Source: Roseomonas sp.
GTDB taxonomy: Bacteria; Pseudomonadota; Alphaproteobacteria; Acetobacterales; Acetobacteraceae
NCBI GenBank assembly: GCA_020249285.1
Contig: JADCFX010000029.1
Span: 29,121 to 93,120, forward strand
Length of the DNA: 64,000 bases
Reading direction: 5' to 3'
The notes under the pieces were generated by a model that was not told where the DNA came from, did not search any database, and worked only from the letters and a program-made list of their open reading frames with translations. The number at the start of each line of letters is the position of its first letter. The stretch's first letter is position 1. The position numbers and the translations under genes are program-made. This document shows positions 37,837 through 47,764 of the stretch, piece by piece.

Positions 37837-39411
37837 TCAGGGCGGGCTCGCGAGCAGCGCATTGGTGTACCAGGAAGGCGAGGCATCATACTTCACCTTA
37901 TTCCTGAGCCCCGCCCAGGAAACCTTGAGATAGAAAATCGGAATAACACCCGCATCTTCGATACCGATCCGCATCGCCTCAGCGGTCAGCCCATTACGCC
38001 GCGTGGTGTCCATGGTGCGCAAGGCCTCCGCCAAGGGCGCATCCATCGCCGGGTTTGAGTAATGCTGGCGATTGAAGGGGCCTGCGCCGGTTTCGCTGTT
38101 TCGTGTCATCAACACCTGGCGCAGCGTATTGGCCGCGATGGAGGAGGTATAGGTGGTCATGAACATCGAAAATTCGCGCGCCGTCGCACGGGTGAAAAGA
38201 TTGGCGGGCGGCAGGACCTCGACACGGGTTTCAATGCCAAGCCGTGTCCAACCCTGCGCGATGGCCTGCGCCACATCTGTATCCGATGCGAACCAGCCAT
38301 TGGGGCTATGCAGCGTGATACGAAAGCCATCCGGATAGCCCGCTTGACGGAGCAAGGCGCGTGCCTGATCCAAATCATAGCGCGGCGACGGCATATTGGG
38401 GGCGCGGTCCGCCACCGCCGGGGCGGCAAATTGTTCCGCCGGCATGCCCTGACCCATCAGCAGCCGATCCACAATGGCCTGGCGATTGATGGCAAGCGAA
38501 AGGGCGCGGCGCACCCGCGCATCACGCAACGGGTTGCGTTCCAGAACGCGGCCCTGCTTGTCGGTCACGAAGGGCGATGGATCACGCGCCGCATCGGGGA
38601 AAAGATAGGCGGTGCCATTGCTGGCCACCCCAAAGACCGCCAGCCGCGCATCATTTGTCAGGCGTTGCACATCCTGTACGGGTACAAAATCAATCAGATC
38701 CACATCGCCGGACAGCAGTGTTGCCACGCGCGCCCCGGGATTGCTGATGAAGCGCGTTACCACCCTTTCCCAGGGCTGCGCTTCCCCCCAATAATTGGGG
38801 TTGCGGATGATTTCGTGCCTTTCGCCAAGCGTATAGCTGCCATGGCGGTAGGCGCCCGTGCCAATCATCGCGCGGCCTGCGTTGAAATCGCCGAGTGTCG
38901 CATTCGCATGCAGGCTGCGAGAGACAATCATAATGTTGGAAAGATCCCAATCCAGAAAGGGATTTGGCTCCCTGGTCCGGATTACGATGCGGCGCGGTTC
39001 CGGGATTTCGATGGACGCGATGCTGCGCACAAAGGGTGTGAAGGGGCCGGGGCTATTCGTGATGGTCGGCACGCGCGCATAGGAAAAGGCAATATCCTCA
39101 GCCGTGAAGGGCGTGCCATCGTGAAATTTCACACCATCGCGCAGCTTGAATTCCCAGGTGAGGTCATCAATCGCGCGCCAGGATTCGGCAATGCGTGGCA
39201 CCAGGCGGCCAGAGGTGTCGAAATCCACCAGGGTTTCGAAAATCTGCCGCAATATGGCGTTATTGGGGTTGGAGGAATGGTAATGCGGATCCATGCCCGA
39301 AGGGGCGGATTGCGCACCGATCGTCAGGCTGCGCTGCGCCTGAGAGGGCGCTGCGCACAGCAGCAGCAAGCCGGCTGCAAGCATCAGCGTTCTGAAAAAG
39401 CCCATCGCCAC
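37837..39411 (-). CDS. Family-5 (peptide/nickel) ABC substrate-binding protein
   Basis: Signal peptide, IFETLV, LRDGVKFHDGTPFTAED, IGTGAY, D.RVRRALSLAINR. Confidence 0.9.
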   Translation of the reverse strand: MAMGFFRTLMLAAGLLLLCAAPSQAQRSLTIGAQSAPSGMDPHYHSSNPNNAILRQIFETLVDFDTSGRLVPRIAESWRAIDDLTWEFKLRDGVKFHDGTPFTAEDIAFSYARVPTITNSPGPFTPFVRSIASIEIPEPRRIVIRTREPNPFLDWDLSNIMIVSRSLHANATLGDFNAGRAMIGTGAYRHGSYTLGERHEIIRNPNYWGEAQPWERVVTRFISNPGARVATLLSGDVDLIDFVPVQDVQRLTNDARLAVFGVASNGTAYLFPDAARDPSPFVTDKQGRVLERNPLRDARVRRALSLAINRQAIVDRLLMGQGMPAEQFAAPAVADRAPNMPSPRYDLDQARALLRQAGYPDGFRITLHSPNGWFASDTDVAQAIAQGWTRLGIETRVEVLPPANLFTRATAREFSMFMTTYTSSIAANTLRQVLMTRNSETGAGPFNRQHYSNPAMDAPLAEALRTMDTTRRNGLTAEAMRIGIEDAGVIPIFYLKVSWAGLRNKVKYDASPSWYTNALLASPP

Positions 39412-39680
39412 ACCCCCAAAGGTTTATGAAGCGATAACGTCACCCTTCATGCGGACGCGGTCAAGCAGCAAAACCCAGAAAAATTGACCGCGCAACCTGG
39501 GATCACCACGCCACTTTAAGGGGAATTTCACCCTTGCCTGATTAGTATGCAACCCGTTCCTAACACAGAGCTGGTTTCCCTCAATGTTCTCTGCGCCTTG
39601 GTCATCCAACGAATTTGCTTATCGCGCGCGCGGCGTGGCTAGTCATTATTGTTTAGTAGCTTTGGTGTAGGAGTTTATCC

Positions 39681-42077
39681 ATGACAATAGCCTTGTCCCC
39701 ACACCCGGAAACATCACCCTTGTACGGTTCGGAACGGCGCGCTTGGCTTGAATGGAATGCAGATACTGATAGGATCACGCTTTCCAGCGCAGCGCTTCAC
39801 CTTCTACAATTGACCACTTCGGATGCGCCACAAAGCGAGATTGCTTTTGGTGAATTTTTTGACATACCCAATCGGAACAAGTTGGCGATTGCCTTCGAAG
39901 ATATACTGACCCAGGAAGGGCCGGTTTCAGTTGAATTGCTGCACCAAACATCCGCAGGCACGCAGGTCCTCCTATTTCGTGGGGAATTGGACAGATCGCG
40001 TGAAGGCCGGATTGTGGTCGCAAGCCTTGAAGACGTGACGAGCAGCAGTGGTGGGCTTCAACAAATCCCCGCGCAGAAGCGGTTTGAGACCTTCGTCAGC
40101 CTCATTCAAAAGGACCCTGCCTATTTCGATTCGGTCCCGCTCGGGCTCATGATGGTCAATGCTGGCTTCATCACCCAGGTAAATCCAAGACTCGCCGAAA
40201 TTCTTTCAACCCGCATCGGAAGCCTGATTGGTGAGCCGGTGTCGCGCATCCTGGCATCCAAACAAAGCTATGATTACTACATGGAGGCTGTTTGGGGCGA
40301 GGCGACTGAAGACAGCCAAGATTTTGTCGAAACAGAATTTGAAAATGATGATGGCGCACTGATCTGGCTTAGGGTCAGCGTCTCACGCATTTGTACACCA
40401 GGGCACGAAAATTCCTGCCTTTGCGTGATTGAAGATATCACGGAGCGAAAGAAGCTTGAACAGGATGTCTGGACCGGATTGGCGGAAACCATCTCCGCCA
40501 AGGAAGCGACTGACAATGCAAGTCGGATGAAAAGCGAATTTCTTGCCATGGTCAGTCATGAAATCCGCACACCGCTTTCCGCGGTGATCGGTATGCAGAA
40601 GCTGGCCTTGCGCGACCCGGCGCTCAAGGAAAAAACCCGTCAACATCTTGATATGGCCCAGACCAATGCGGAATTTCTGCTGGACCTGCTCAATGATATC
40701 TTGGATTTCTCTAAAATAGAGGCCGGCAAGCTGCTACTTGAATCAGTGGATTTTTCCCTTCGGCATCTGATCACCGAAAGTAGCGCCCTGCTGATGGAAC
40801 GGGCTGCAACGAAGAATATCTCGCTGAAGATAGATACTGAAGCTACCGTTCCGGATACGCTGGTTGGCGACCCGGCGCGCGTCAAGCAAATCCTGATCAA
40901 CCTGATCGGCAATGGCATCAAATTCACGGATAAGGGGGGTGTGGCGCTACGCGTTCAGCTTGAAAGCAGTGTTGCGGATGTAAACAATATCCGCTTTGAG
41001 GTCGAAGATACTGGTGTCGGTATTTCACGCGAAGCACAGGCGCAGCTCTTTCAGAAATTCGCACAGGGCGATACTTCGACAACAAGGCGCTTCGGCGGTA
41101 CGGGTCTTGGCCTTGCCATTTGCAAACAGCTTGTGGAGTTGATGCAGGGTGACATCAGCCTGAAGAGTGAGCTTGGCAAGGGAAGCTGCTTCAGCTTCGT
41201 AATCCCATTCAAAATCGGCTCGGTGCCCGCCAATATCCTGCCAGCCGTCCTGGTGCCGCATTCCCACCAGTTGAATATTCTATGCGCTGAGGATTTCCCC
41301 CCGAACCAAATCATCATCCAGGGCTTGCTGGATGAGATGGGGCACCGGGTGGAGTTTGCCGATAATGGCCGCAAGGCATTGGAAGCCCTGGCGTTACGCA
41401 GCTATGATGTCATCCTGATGGATGGGCGGATGCCTGAAATGGATGGCGCAACCGCCATTCGCCTGATCCGATCCGAAGGTGACGGGCAATATTATATCCC
41501 AGACCCGAAAATCCGCATCATTATGTTGACGGCGAATGCAGGCGATGAAAGTCGGCAATTCTATTTCGCTAGCGGAGCCGATGATTTTCTGGTCAAGCCG
41601 ATAGATGAGGCCTTATTGCATCAAAGCCTGGCGCGGGTGATCGAGGCACGCCTCGCGGAAGGGGCATCGCTGCTGCCAATCATGCGCCATGGTGAGCAGG
41701 AATTGGAAAGATTGTTCGGTGTGGCCGCGCCGGCAGGGGCTGGCGTTACGCAAATCATGCCGATCACGCCTAAGGGTAATCCTCAGGAGGAGAACCGTAG
41801 CCTCAGGGAACGGCTGCGCGAGGCCCTGCGTGCGGATCTCGGCGCTCGGCTCCAGGCGCTTGATGAGGCTTATACCAGCCGGGATATGCAGACACTCGCC
41901 AATCTCTTTCACAGCCTCAAGGGAAGCGTTGGCTATATTTGGCCCGGTGGGGCTCTGCAAGGCATGAGTGCCATTCTTGAACAAGCGGCTGACCGCGAAG
42001 ATTGGCATACTGTAGAAAGAGAAATGCCGGGGTTCCTCGACATACTGAACGAGATATCAGAAGGGTCCATTTCATGA
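39681..42077 (+). CDS. Cytoplasmic hybrid histidine kinase (PAS-PAS-HisKA-HATPase-REC-Hpt)
   Basis: No TM segment; VSHEIRTPLS, NLIGNGIKFT, GGTGLGLAI, DVILMDGRMP, FHSLKGSVG; AGGAG RBS. Confidence 0.9.
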   Translation: MTIALSPHPETSPLYGSERRAWLEWNADTDRITLSSAALHLLQLTTSDAPQSEIAFGEFFDIPNRNKLAIAFEDILTQEGPVSVELLHQTSAGTQVLLFRGELDRSREGRIVVASLEDVTSSSGGLQQIPAQKRFETFVSLIQKDPAYFDSVPLGLMMVNAGFITQVNPRLAEILSTRIGSLIGEPVSRILASKQSYDYYMEAVWGEATEDSQDFVETEFENDDGALIWLRVSVSRICTPGHENSCLCVIEDITERKKLEQDVWTGLAETISAKEATDNASRMKSEFLAMVSHEIRTPLSAVIGMQKLALRDPALKEKTRQHLDMAQTNAEFLLDLLNDILDFSKIEAGKLLLESVDFSLRHLITESSALLMERAATKNISLKIDTEATVPDTLVGDPARVKQILINLIGNGIKFTDKGGVALRVQLESSVADVNNIRFEVEDTGVGISREAQAQLFQKFAQGDTSTTRRFGGTGLGLAICKQLVELMQGDISLKSELGKGSCFSFVIPFKIGSVPANILPAVLVPHSHQLNILCAEDFPPNQIIIQGLLDEMGHRVEFADNGRKALEALALRSYDVILMDGRMPEMDGATAIRLIRSEGDGQYYIPDPKIRIIMLTANAGDESRQFYFASGADDFLVKPIDEALLHQSLARVIEARLAEGASLLPIMRHGEQELERLFGVAAPAGAGVTQIMPITPKGNPQEENRSLRERLREALRADLGARLQALDEAYTSRDMQTLANLFHSLKGSVGYIWPGGALQGMSAILEQAADREDWHTVEREMPGFLDILNEISEGSIS

Positions 42078-42832
42078 GAGCACTTGTCGTTGATGATGAT
42101 GTGGTTTCGCGCATGGCGCTCGCCGACCTGATGCGCAGCTTCATCGAACTGAAGGTGGTTGAAGCGGTGGATGGGCAGGATGCCTGGGAACAGATGGAAA
42201 TGGGACCGGCCCCCATGATCTGCTGCTGCGATGTCCAAATGCCCCGGCTTTCCGGTATTGGCTTGCTGAAGCGCGTGCGTTCTTCGCCGCGCTTCAAGGA
42301 TATTCCCTTCGTGTTGGTTACTGCCGCAGCTGATCTTGAAACCGTAAAGCAGGCGGTAACACTCGGAATCAGCCACTACATCATCAAGCCATTCCATGCG
42401 CGGGAAGCGCGCGGTTCCTTGCAAAAAATCCTCAATACGGCGTGGGAGAGGATTGCCGAGCCACCCCCCGCAACGCTTAACCGGCTGAACATCGCGCCCG
42501 ATCAACTGATGGCCTATCTTTATTCACTTAGGGGCCAATGCGCGGTTTTTGCGCGTGACCTCCGGCGATCCAAGAACCTTCAGGATGTGCAGGGGGTTGT
42601 TGGGCGGCTGAAGGGTTTGCACACGGGCTGCCTGACCCTGGGGCTGCATTACGCGGCCGAATTGGTCTTGCAACTGCGCGATGAAGATTCGGATATCGAA
42701 CGTGTCGAACAGGCGCTGATCGAAATTGAATTGGCTATTTCCTCCCAGGAAGAAAGGGTCAAGGCGCGCCACAGCCTTGCCGGCGGCGCTGCTCCCATCA
42801 AACGGAGCGCCATGGGCGGCGCTCCTGCCTGA
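42074..42832 (+). CDS. Response regulator: REC domain plus helical Hpt-like C-terminal domain
   Basis: ALVVDDD, CCDVQMP, VTA, YIIKPF; C-terminal RLKGLHTGCLTLG; ATGA overlap with the kinase. Confidence 0.8.
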   Translation: MRALVVDDDVVSRMALADLMRSFIELKVVEAVDGQDAWEQMEMGPAPMICCCDVQMPRLSGIGLLKRVRSSPRFKDIPFVLVTAAADLETVKQAVTLGISHYIIKPFHAREARGSLQKILNTAWERIAEPPPATLNRLNIAPDQLMAYLYSLRGQCAVFARDLRRSKNLQDVQGVVGRLKGLHTGCLTLGLHYAAELVLQLRDEDSDIERVEQALIEIELAISSQEERVKARHSLAGGAAPIKRSAMGGAPA

Positions 42833-42895
42833 GCGCCTCTGGCCGCTTTCCCCACGGGGTCGCTCTGTGCTTTGGTATGGTTGCAGGAGCCTACC

Positions 42896-43999
42896 ATGCC
42901 AAACGCCGAATCGCCCGGACCAACACCCACGCGCCATACGCAAACCGCCATGCTGGCCGAAAGGGCGGCGGTTTTGTTGTTGCTGGCCCTATTGCTCTAC
43001 GGCGTCATTCGCGTCCTGGAACCCTTTGGCCTCGCTATCGCTTTTGGTGGCTTCATCGTCATTGGCACCTGGCCACTAAGGCAGGCGATGGTCAGCCGCG
43101 GCATCCCGCGCGGCATCGCTGCGACGCTCATGTTGCTGCTGCTTGTGCTTTCTGTTGCCATCCCTGCCCTTGCCCTGACGCCTGAGTTGGGCGGGCAGAT
43201 TGCCCAAGCGTCAAAGGTGGGGCGTGAACTTCTGGCCGGCCTACCAGAAGCCGCGCCGGCTTGGCTTGCGGGGCTGCCGCTCGTTGGTGGCGCGATCAGC
43301 AATTGGTGGCCGCAATTGCTGCATTGGCAGGGTGATTTCGGGGCCCTTCTGGCGCCCTACACCGGGCGCATCACCAGCCTTTTGGTGGATATCGGCCAGG
43401 CGGCGGCGGCAAGCGTGGTGCAAATCCTGCTCGCGCTGATTGTCGCCACCGCTTTCTGGGTCAGCGGCGACAAGCTCGGCGATCAGGTGACGGACATTGC
43501 CGGGCGCTTGGCGGGTGAAACGGGCCGCAATGCGGTGATGGCCGCTGAAGGTGCGGTGCGCGGTGTGGCCTGGGGCATTGTCGGGACAGGCATCATCCAG
43601 GCGATGCTGATGGGCATTGGCCTTGCCATTGCCGGCGTGCCGGGGGTTGGCGTGATTTCCTTCCTGACACTGATTTTTTCCATCAGCCAGGTGCTTGGGC
43701 CGCTTGTGGTGGTGGCTTGGCTTGGTGCGGCGGCTTGGCTCTATAGCGAAGGTCAGCTCGCCTGGGCGATTTTCATGGGGCTTTGGGGGCTGATCATGGT
43801 CTCGGGCAGCGATAACATTATTCGCCCCTTGCTCATCAAGCGCAGCAGTGAAATGCCGCTCTCGCTCATTATTCTCGGTGTCTTTGGCGGGTTGATCGCT
43901 TTCGGCTTCCTGGGGCTATTCATTGGTCCCGCCTTGCTGGCCGTGGCGCATGGGCTGCTCAAGGCTTGGCGCGGTGACGAGGCGCCCACGAACCCCTGA
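42896..43999 (+). CDS. AI-2E family transporter (YdiK-like)
   Basis: Multi-TM; SDNIIRPLLI, GVFGGLIAFGFLGLFIGP. Confidence 0.9.
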   Translation: MPNAESPGPTPTRHTQTAMLAERAAVLLLLALLLYGVIRVLEPFGLAIAFGGFIVIGTWPLRQAMVSRGIPRGIAATLMLLLLVLSVAIPALALTPELGGQIAQASKVGRELLAGLPEAAPAWLAGLPLVGGAISNWWPQLLHWQGDFGALLAPYTGRITSLLVDIGQAAAASVVQILLALIVATAFWVSGDKLGDQVTDIAGRLAGETGRNAVMAAEGAVRGVAWGIVGTGIIQAMLMGIGLAIAGVPGVGVISFLTLIFSISQVLGPLVVVAWLGAAAWLYSEGQLAWAIFMGLWGLIMVSGSDNIIRPLLIKRSSEMPLSLIILGVFGGLIAFGFLGLFIGPALLAVAHGLLKAWRGDEAPTNP

Positions 44000-44066
44000 T
44001 CCCCCAGGGCTGGCAAAGCCCGTGTCCCGCGTTATGACTAGCCTTAAGAAAGGGCAGGAGATACCC

Positions 44067-45140
44067 ATGGCCACACGCAAGCATCGTATCGCCGTCATCC
44101 CCGGGGATGGCATTGGCAAGGAAACCACGCCCGAGGGGCTTCGCGTGCTGGATGCCGCGGCGCGGCGCTTCGGTTTTGAACTGGAACTGACGCATTACGA
44201 TTGGTCCTGCGAAACCTACGCCAAGACCGGCAAGATGATGCCGGATGATGGCATGGATCGGTTGAAGGACAGCGACAGCATCTTCCTGGGCGCCGTGGGC
44301 TGGCCCGGCGTGCCGGATCATGTCTCGCTCTGGGGTTTGCTCATCCCGATCCGTCGCGGCTTTGACCAATATGTGAACCTGCGCCCCTGCCGGCTGCTGC
44401 CGGGTGCCACCACGCCGCTTGCGAATCGTGGCCCCAAGGATATTGATTTCATTGTGGTGCGTGAGAATACGGAAGGCGAGTATTCATCCAGCGGCGGGCG
44501 CATGTTCGTGGGGACAGACCGCGAATTCGTCTCCCAGGAAAGCGTTTTTACCCGCGTTGGGGTGGACCGCGTGCTGCGATACGCCTTTGAATTGGCCAAG
44601 ACCAGGCCGCGCAAGAAGGTAACCAGCGCCACGAAATCCAATGGCATCACCTTCACCATGCCCTATTGGGATGAACGCTTCGCCGAAATGGCCAAGAATT
44701 ATCCGGGCATCACGACGGACCAATTCCATATTGATATCCTCTGCGCTCATTTCGTGCAGCATCCGGATTGGTTTGATGTCGTGGTGGGGTCCAACCTGTT
44801 CGGCGATATCCTGTCAGACCTTGGGCCAGCGGTTGCGGGGTCCATCGGCATTGCGGCCAGCGCCAATATCAATCCCGAAAAGCACTTTCCTTCCATGTTC
44901 GAACCCGTCCACGGCAGCGCGCCGGATATCGCGGGCAAATTCATCTGCAACCCGATTGGGCAAATCTGGTCGGGTGCGATCATGCTGGAACACCTCGGCG
45001 AAAAACAGGCCGCCGATGCGATTCTTGCGGTGATTGAAAAGCTGCTGGCGGAAGGCGGCCCGCGCACGCGCGATATGGGCGGACAGGCCGGCACGGTGGA
45101 TGTGGGCCGCGCCATCGCCGAAGCCGTAGCGAAATTCTGA
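44067..45140 (+). CDS. ttuC: Tartrate dehydrogenase/decarboxylase / D-malate dehydrogenase
   Basis: IAVIPGDGIGKE, DHVSLWGLL, FDQYVNLRP, RENTEGEYS, NLFGDILSDL, FEPVHGSAPDI. Confidence 0.88.
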   Translation: MATRKHRIAVIPGDGIGKETTPEGLRVLDAAARRFGFELELTHYDWSCETYAKTGKMMPDDGMDRLKDSDSIFLGAVGWPGVPDHVSLWGLLIPIRRGFDQYVNLRPCRLLPGATTPLANRGPKDIDFIVVRENTEGEYSSSGGRMFVGTDREFVSQESVFTRVGVDRVLRYAFELAKTRPRKKVTSATKSNGITFTMPYWDERFAEMAKNYPGITTDQFHIDILCAHFVQHPDWFDVVVGSNLFGDILSDLGPAVAGSIGIAASANINPEKHFPSMFEPVHGSAPDIAGKFICNPIGQIWSGAIMLEHLGEKQAADAILAVIEKLLAEGGPRTRDMGGQAGTVDVGRAIAEAVAKF

Positions 45141-45155
45141 AGCGGCCAAACGCGC

Positions 45156-45198
45156 AAAAAAGAAGGGCTCGCCGGAACCACACCGGCGAGCCCTTTTT
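45156..45198. terminator. Bidirectional intrinsic terminator between ttuC and phaA
   Basis: AAAAAAG-AAGGGCTCGCCGG-aaccaca-CCGGCGAGCCCTT-TTT. Confidence 0.92.
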
Positions 45199-45221
45199 GC
45201 GTCAAACGCGGTGAACGCGGA

Positions 45222-46394
45222 TCAGCGTTCCAGGCACATGGCAACACCCATGCCGCCGCCGATGCAAAGTGTCGCCAGCGCCTTCTTCGCATTGCGCTTT
45301 TGCATCTCAAACAACAGGGTCGTCAGCACGCGGGCACCCGACGCACCAATTGGGTGGCCAATCGCAATGGCACCGCCATTCACATTCACCTTGCTGGTAT
45401 CCCAGCCAAGGTCCTTGTTCACGGCGATGGCTTGCGCGGCGAAAGCCTCATTGGCTTCGATCAGGTCCAGATCATCAATCTTCCAGCCCGCCTTGGCCAA
45501 GGCCTTGCGCGAAGCCGGGATGGGGCCGGTGCCCATGATGGAAGGATCAACGCCCGCAGTCGCCCAGGAAACAATGCGCGCAAGTGGGGTAATGCCGCGC
45601 TTGGCGGCTTCCGTCGCCGTCATCACCACCACCGCCGCCGCACCATCATTGATGCCGGAAGCATTGCCGGCGGTGACAGACCCATCCTTGGCAAAGGCCG
45701 GGCGGAGCTTACCCAGGATTTCCATCGTTGTGTCCGGCTTCGGGTACTCATCGCTGGCAACAACAACATCGCCCTTGCGGCCCTTTACCGTCACCGGTGT
45801 GATTTCATCGGCGAAGCGGCCCGCCGCCATCGCCTCACCTGCCTTGCGCTGCGAATTATAGGCGAATTGATCCTGTTCATCGCGCGTGATCTGGAAGGCG
45901 CGGGCGACATTTTCCGCCGTATTGCCCATGTGATAACCATGGAAGGCATCCATGAGCCCATCGCGCAGCATGGTATCCATCAGGGAAAGATCGCCCATCT
46001 TCTGCCCAGCGCGCAGCTGCTGCGCATGTGGCGCCTGGGTCATGCTTTCTTGACCGCCCGCGATGACAATGCGCGCATCGCCGGCGGCAATCTGCTGCGC
46101 CGCCAAGGCAACCGCGCGCAGGCCCGAACCGCAAAGCTGATTGATGCCGAAAGCGGTATGTTCCACCGGAATGCCAGCATTCACCGAAGCCTGGCGCGCC
46201 GGGTTTTGCCCCGCGCCGGCAGCCAGGATCTGGCCAAGGATCACCTCATCCACTTCCGCGCCTTCAATGCGGGCGCGTTCCATGGCGGCCTTGATGGCAA
46301 CAGTGCCCAGCGCATGCGCGGATAATGAGGCGAAAGCCCCGTTGAAGGCGCCAACCGGGGTGCGGGCGGCGGAGGCGATCACGATTTCGGTCAT
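45222..46394 (-). CDS. phaA: Acetyl-CoA acetyltransferase (beta-ketothiolase)
   Basis: [40 protein letters not shown] gene context. Confidence 0.93.
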   Translation of the reverse strand: MTEIVIASAARTPVGAFNGAFASLSAHALGTVAIKAAMERARIEGAEVDEVILGQILAAGAGQNPARQASVNAGIPVEHTAFGINQLCGSGLRAVALAAQQIAAGDARIVIAGGQESMTQAPHAQQLRAGQKMGDLSLMDTMLRDGLMDAFHGYHMGNTAENVARAFQITRDEQDQFAYNSQRKAGEAMAAGRFADEITPVTVKGRKGDVVVASDEYPKPDTTMEILGKLRPAFAKDGSVTAGNASGINDGAAAVVVMTATEAAKRGITPLARIVSWATAGVDPSIMGTGPIPASRKALAKAGWKIDDLDLIEANEAFAAQAIAVNKDLGWDTSKVNVNGGAIAIGHPIGASGARVLTTLLFEMQKRNAKKALATLCIGGGMGVAMCLER

Positions 46395-46531
46395 GGGGGC
46401 TGATATCCTTCCTGAACAATTGGGGGTTGCAAGCCGAAAATTTCATTTCTCTAGCCGACAGGATCACTACCTTAATTGGGGCACAGCTTCCACCGCTTTG
46501 CGCTGCCAAGACTACCCTTCATCAAATCTTA

Positions 46532-47764
46532 TCACAAACCGCGCAACCAGTCGCGCAAGGGCTTCCATAGCGCGGCCTCGGCAGCAATGCCGGCGACCAT
46601 GCCGATATGCCCCGCCGGCGCCATATGCAGCTTGACCTGACGCAAGCGGCCGGTCAGCGCCAGGGCAGAGGCCGGGGGCACAATCCGGTCCCGATGCGGA
46701 ATGGCAGCAAAGGCCGGGCCTTGCCAAAGCGCCGGGTCCACCACCTGCCCGGCCACGCGCCAGGTAAGCCCCGACGGTTCATTCCGCCCATACCAGCCGC
46801 CAATGCATTGCCGCGCCACCGGGGCGGCCAAAGGCACGCCATCATTCAGCCAATCTTCCAGCGCCACAAAGCGCCGTGCGGCGGGGGAAGCCTGCTCAAG
46901 CCGGCCAAAACCACGAAATTTTTCAGCAATGCCAAAGGGATCAAGGTTGGCAAACAGGGTTTGCAGCACATCCACCGGCAGCGCGCCGGTTGGTTCCATC
47001 AGCGCTTCCAGCCCCGGCAAAGCGGCAGCCGCGGCCCGGGCGCGCGCCTCACCTTCCGGCCCAGCGTGGAAATCCCAAGGGGTCGCCAGCAAAGCCAGAC
47101 TGCGGACCAAATCAGGCCGGCGCAAGGCCAACGCCAGACCGAGCAAGCCCCCCATGCAATAACCGGCCAGAATCACCGGGCCAGGGGCAGCCATCAGCGC
47201 CCTTTCCAGCCGGCCGGCGATGTAATCGGTCAGGGTAAAGTGCCGTTCGGCCTCACCCGGCCAGCCCCAATCGAGCAACAGGGTGCGAAACCCCTGCCCC
47301 GGCAGCCAACGCAGCAGGGAAGCTTCCGGCATCAAGTCAAGCACATAGGCCCGGTTCACCAGGGAAGGCACAAACACCACTGTCGGCCCCTGCCCGCCAT
47401 AATCCAGTAATTTGCTGTCTTCCTCGGCCCAAATCGCCGGTACCGGCGGGGCCTGACGTTCAAACGGATGGCGCCGATAGGCCGCAAGCCCAGCCACCAG
47501 CGCGCGATCCGCCCGCAGCAGCCGGTTCAGAACCGCGCCGCGAAAAGCCTCAGGCGCGTGGCCGGCGCTGGCGAGGGCGGCGCTGATGCGCGCTGCCTCC
47601 GCCTGCCCCGCCTTCGAGATCGGCCAGGCGGCGTTCCAGGGTGGCGATCCGCTCGGCCATGGCATCCCGGGCAGCGCCCCCGCTGCCACCATGGCCCGGA
47701 TCCCCGCCAGCCCCAGATGGAGCGGCAGCGGGCGCGGGCCGCGACGGCGGAACGGCGCTGTCAT
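46532..47764 (-). CDS. PhaC-like alpha/beta hydrolase (small, class III-like PHA synthase subunit)
   Basis: VFVPSLVNRAYVLDL, lipase box GYCMGG with Cys nucleophile (47147-47164), DRIVP, GHIGM. Start uncertain. Confidence 0.72.
   Translation of the reverse strand: MTAPFRRRGPRPLPLHLGLAGIRAMVAAGALPGMPWPSGSPPWNAAWPISKAGQAEAARISAALASAGHAPEAFRGAVLNRLLRADRALVAGLAAYRRHPFERQAPPVPAIWAEEDSKLLDYGGQGPTVVFVPSLVNRAYVLDLMPEASLLRWLPGQGFRTLLLDWGWPGEAERHFTLTDYIAGRLERALMAAPGPVILAGYCMGGLLGLALALRRPDLVRSLALLATPWDFHAGPEGEARARAAAAALPGLEALMEPTGALPVDVLQTLFANLDPFGIAEKFRGFGRLEQASPAARRFVALEDWLNDGVPLAAPVARQCIGGWYGRNEPSGLTWRVAGQVVDPALWQGPAFAAIPHRDRIVPPASALALTGRLRQVKLHMAPAGHIGMVAGIAAEAALWKPLRDWLRGL

Noticed and set aside
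36616-39429. 480-aa and 455-aa plus-strand ORFs
   Set aside because: Antisense shadows of the M20 deacylase and the family-5 SBP.
45211-46325. Plus-strand ORFs of 216 and 341 aa
   Set aside because: Antisense to phaA; no independent coding signal.
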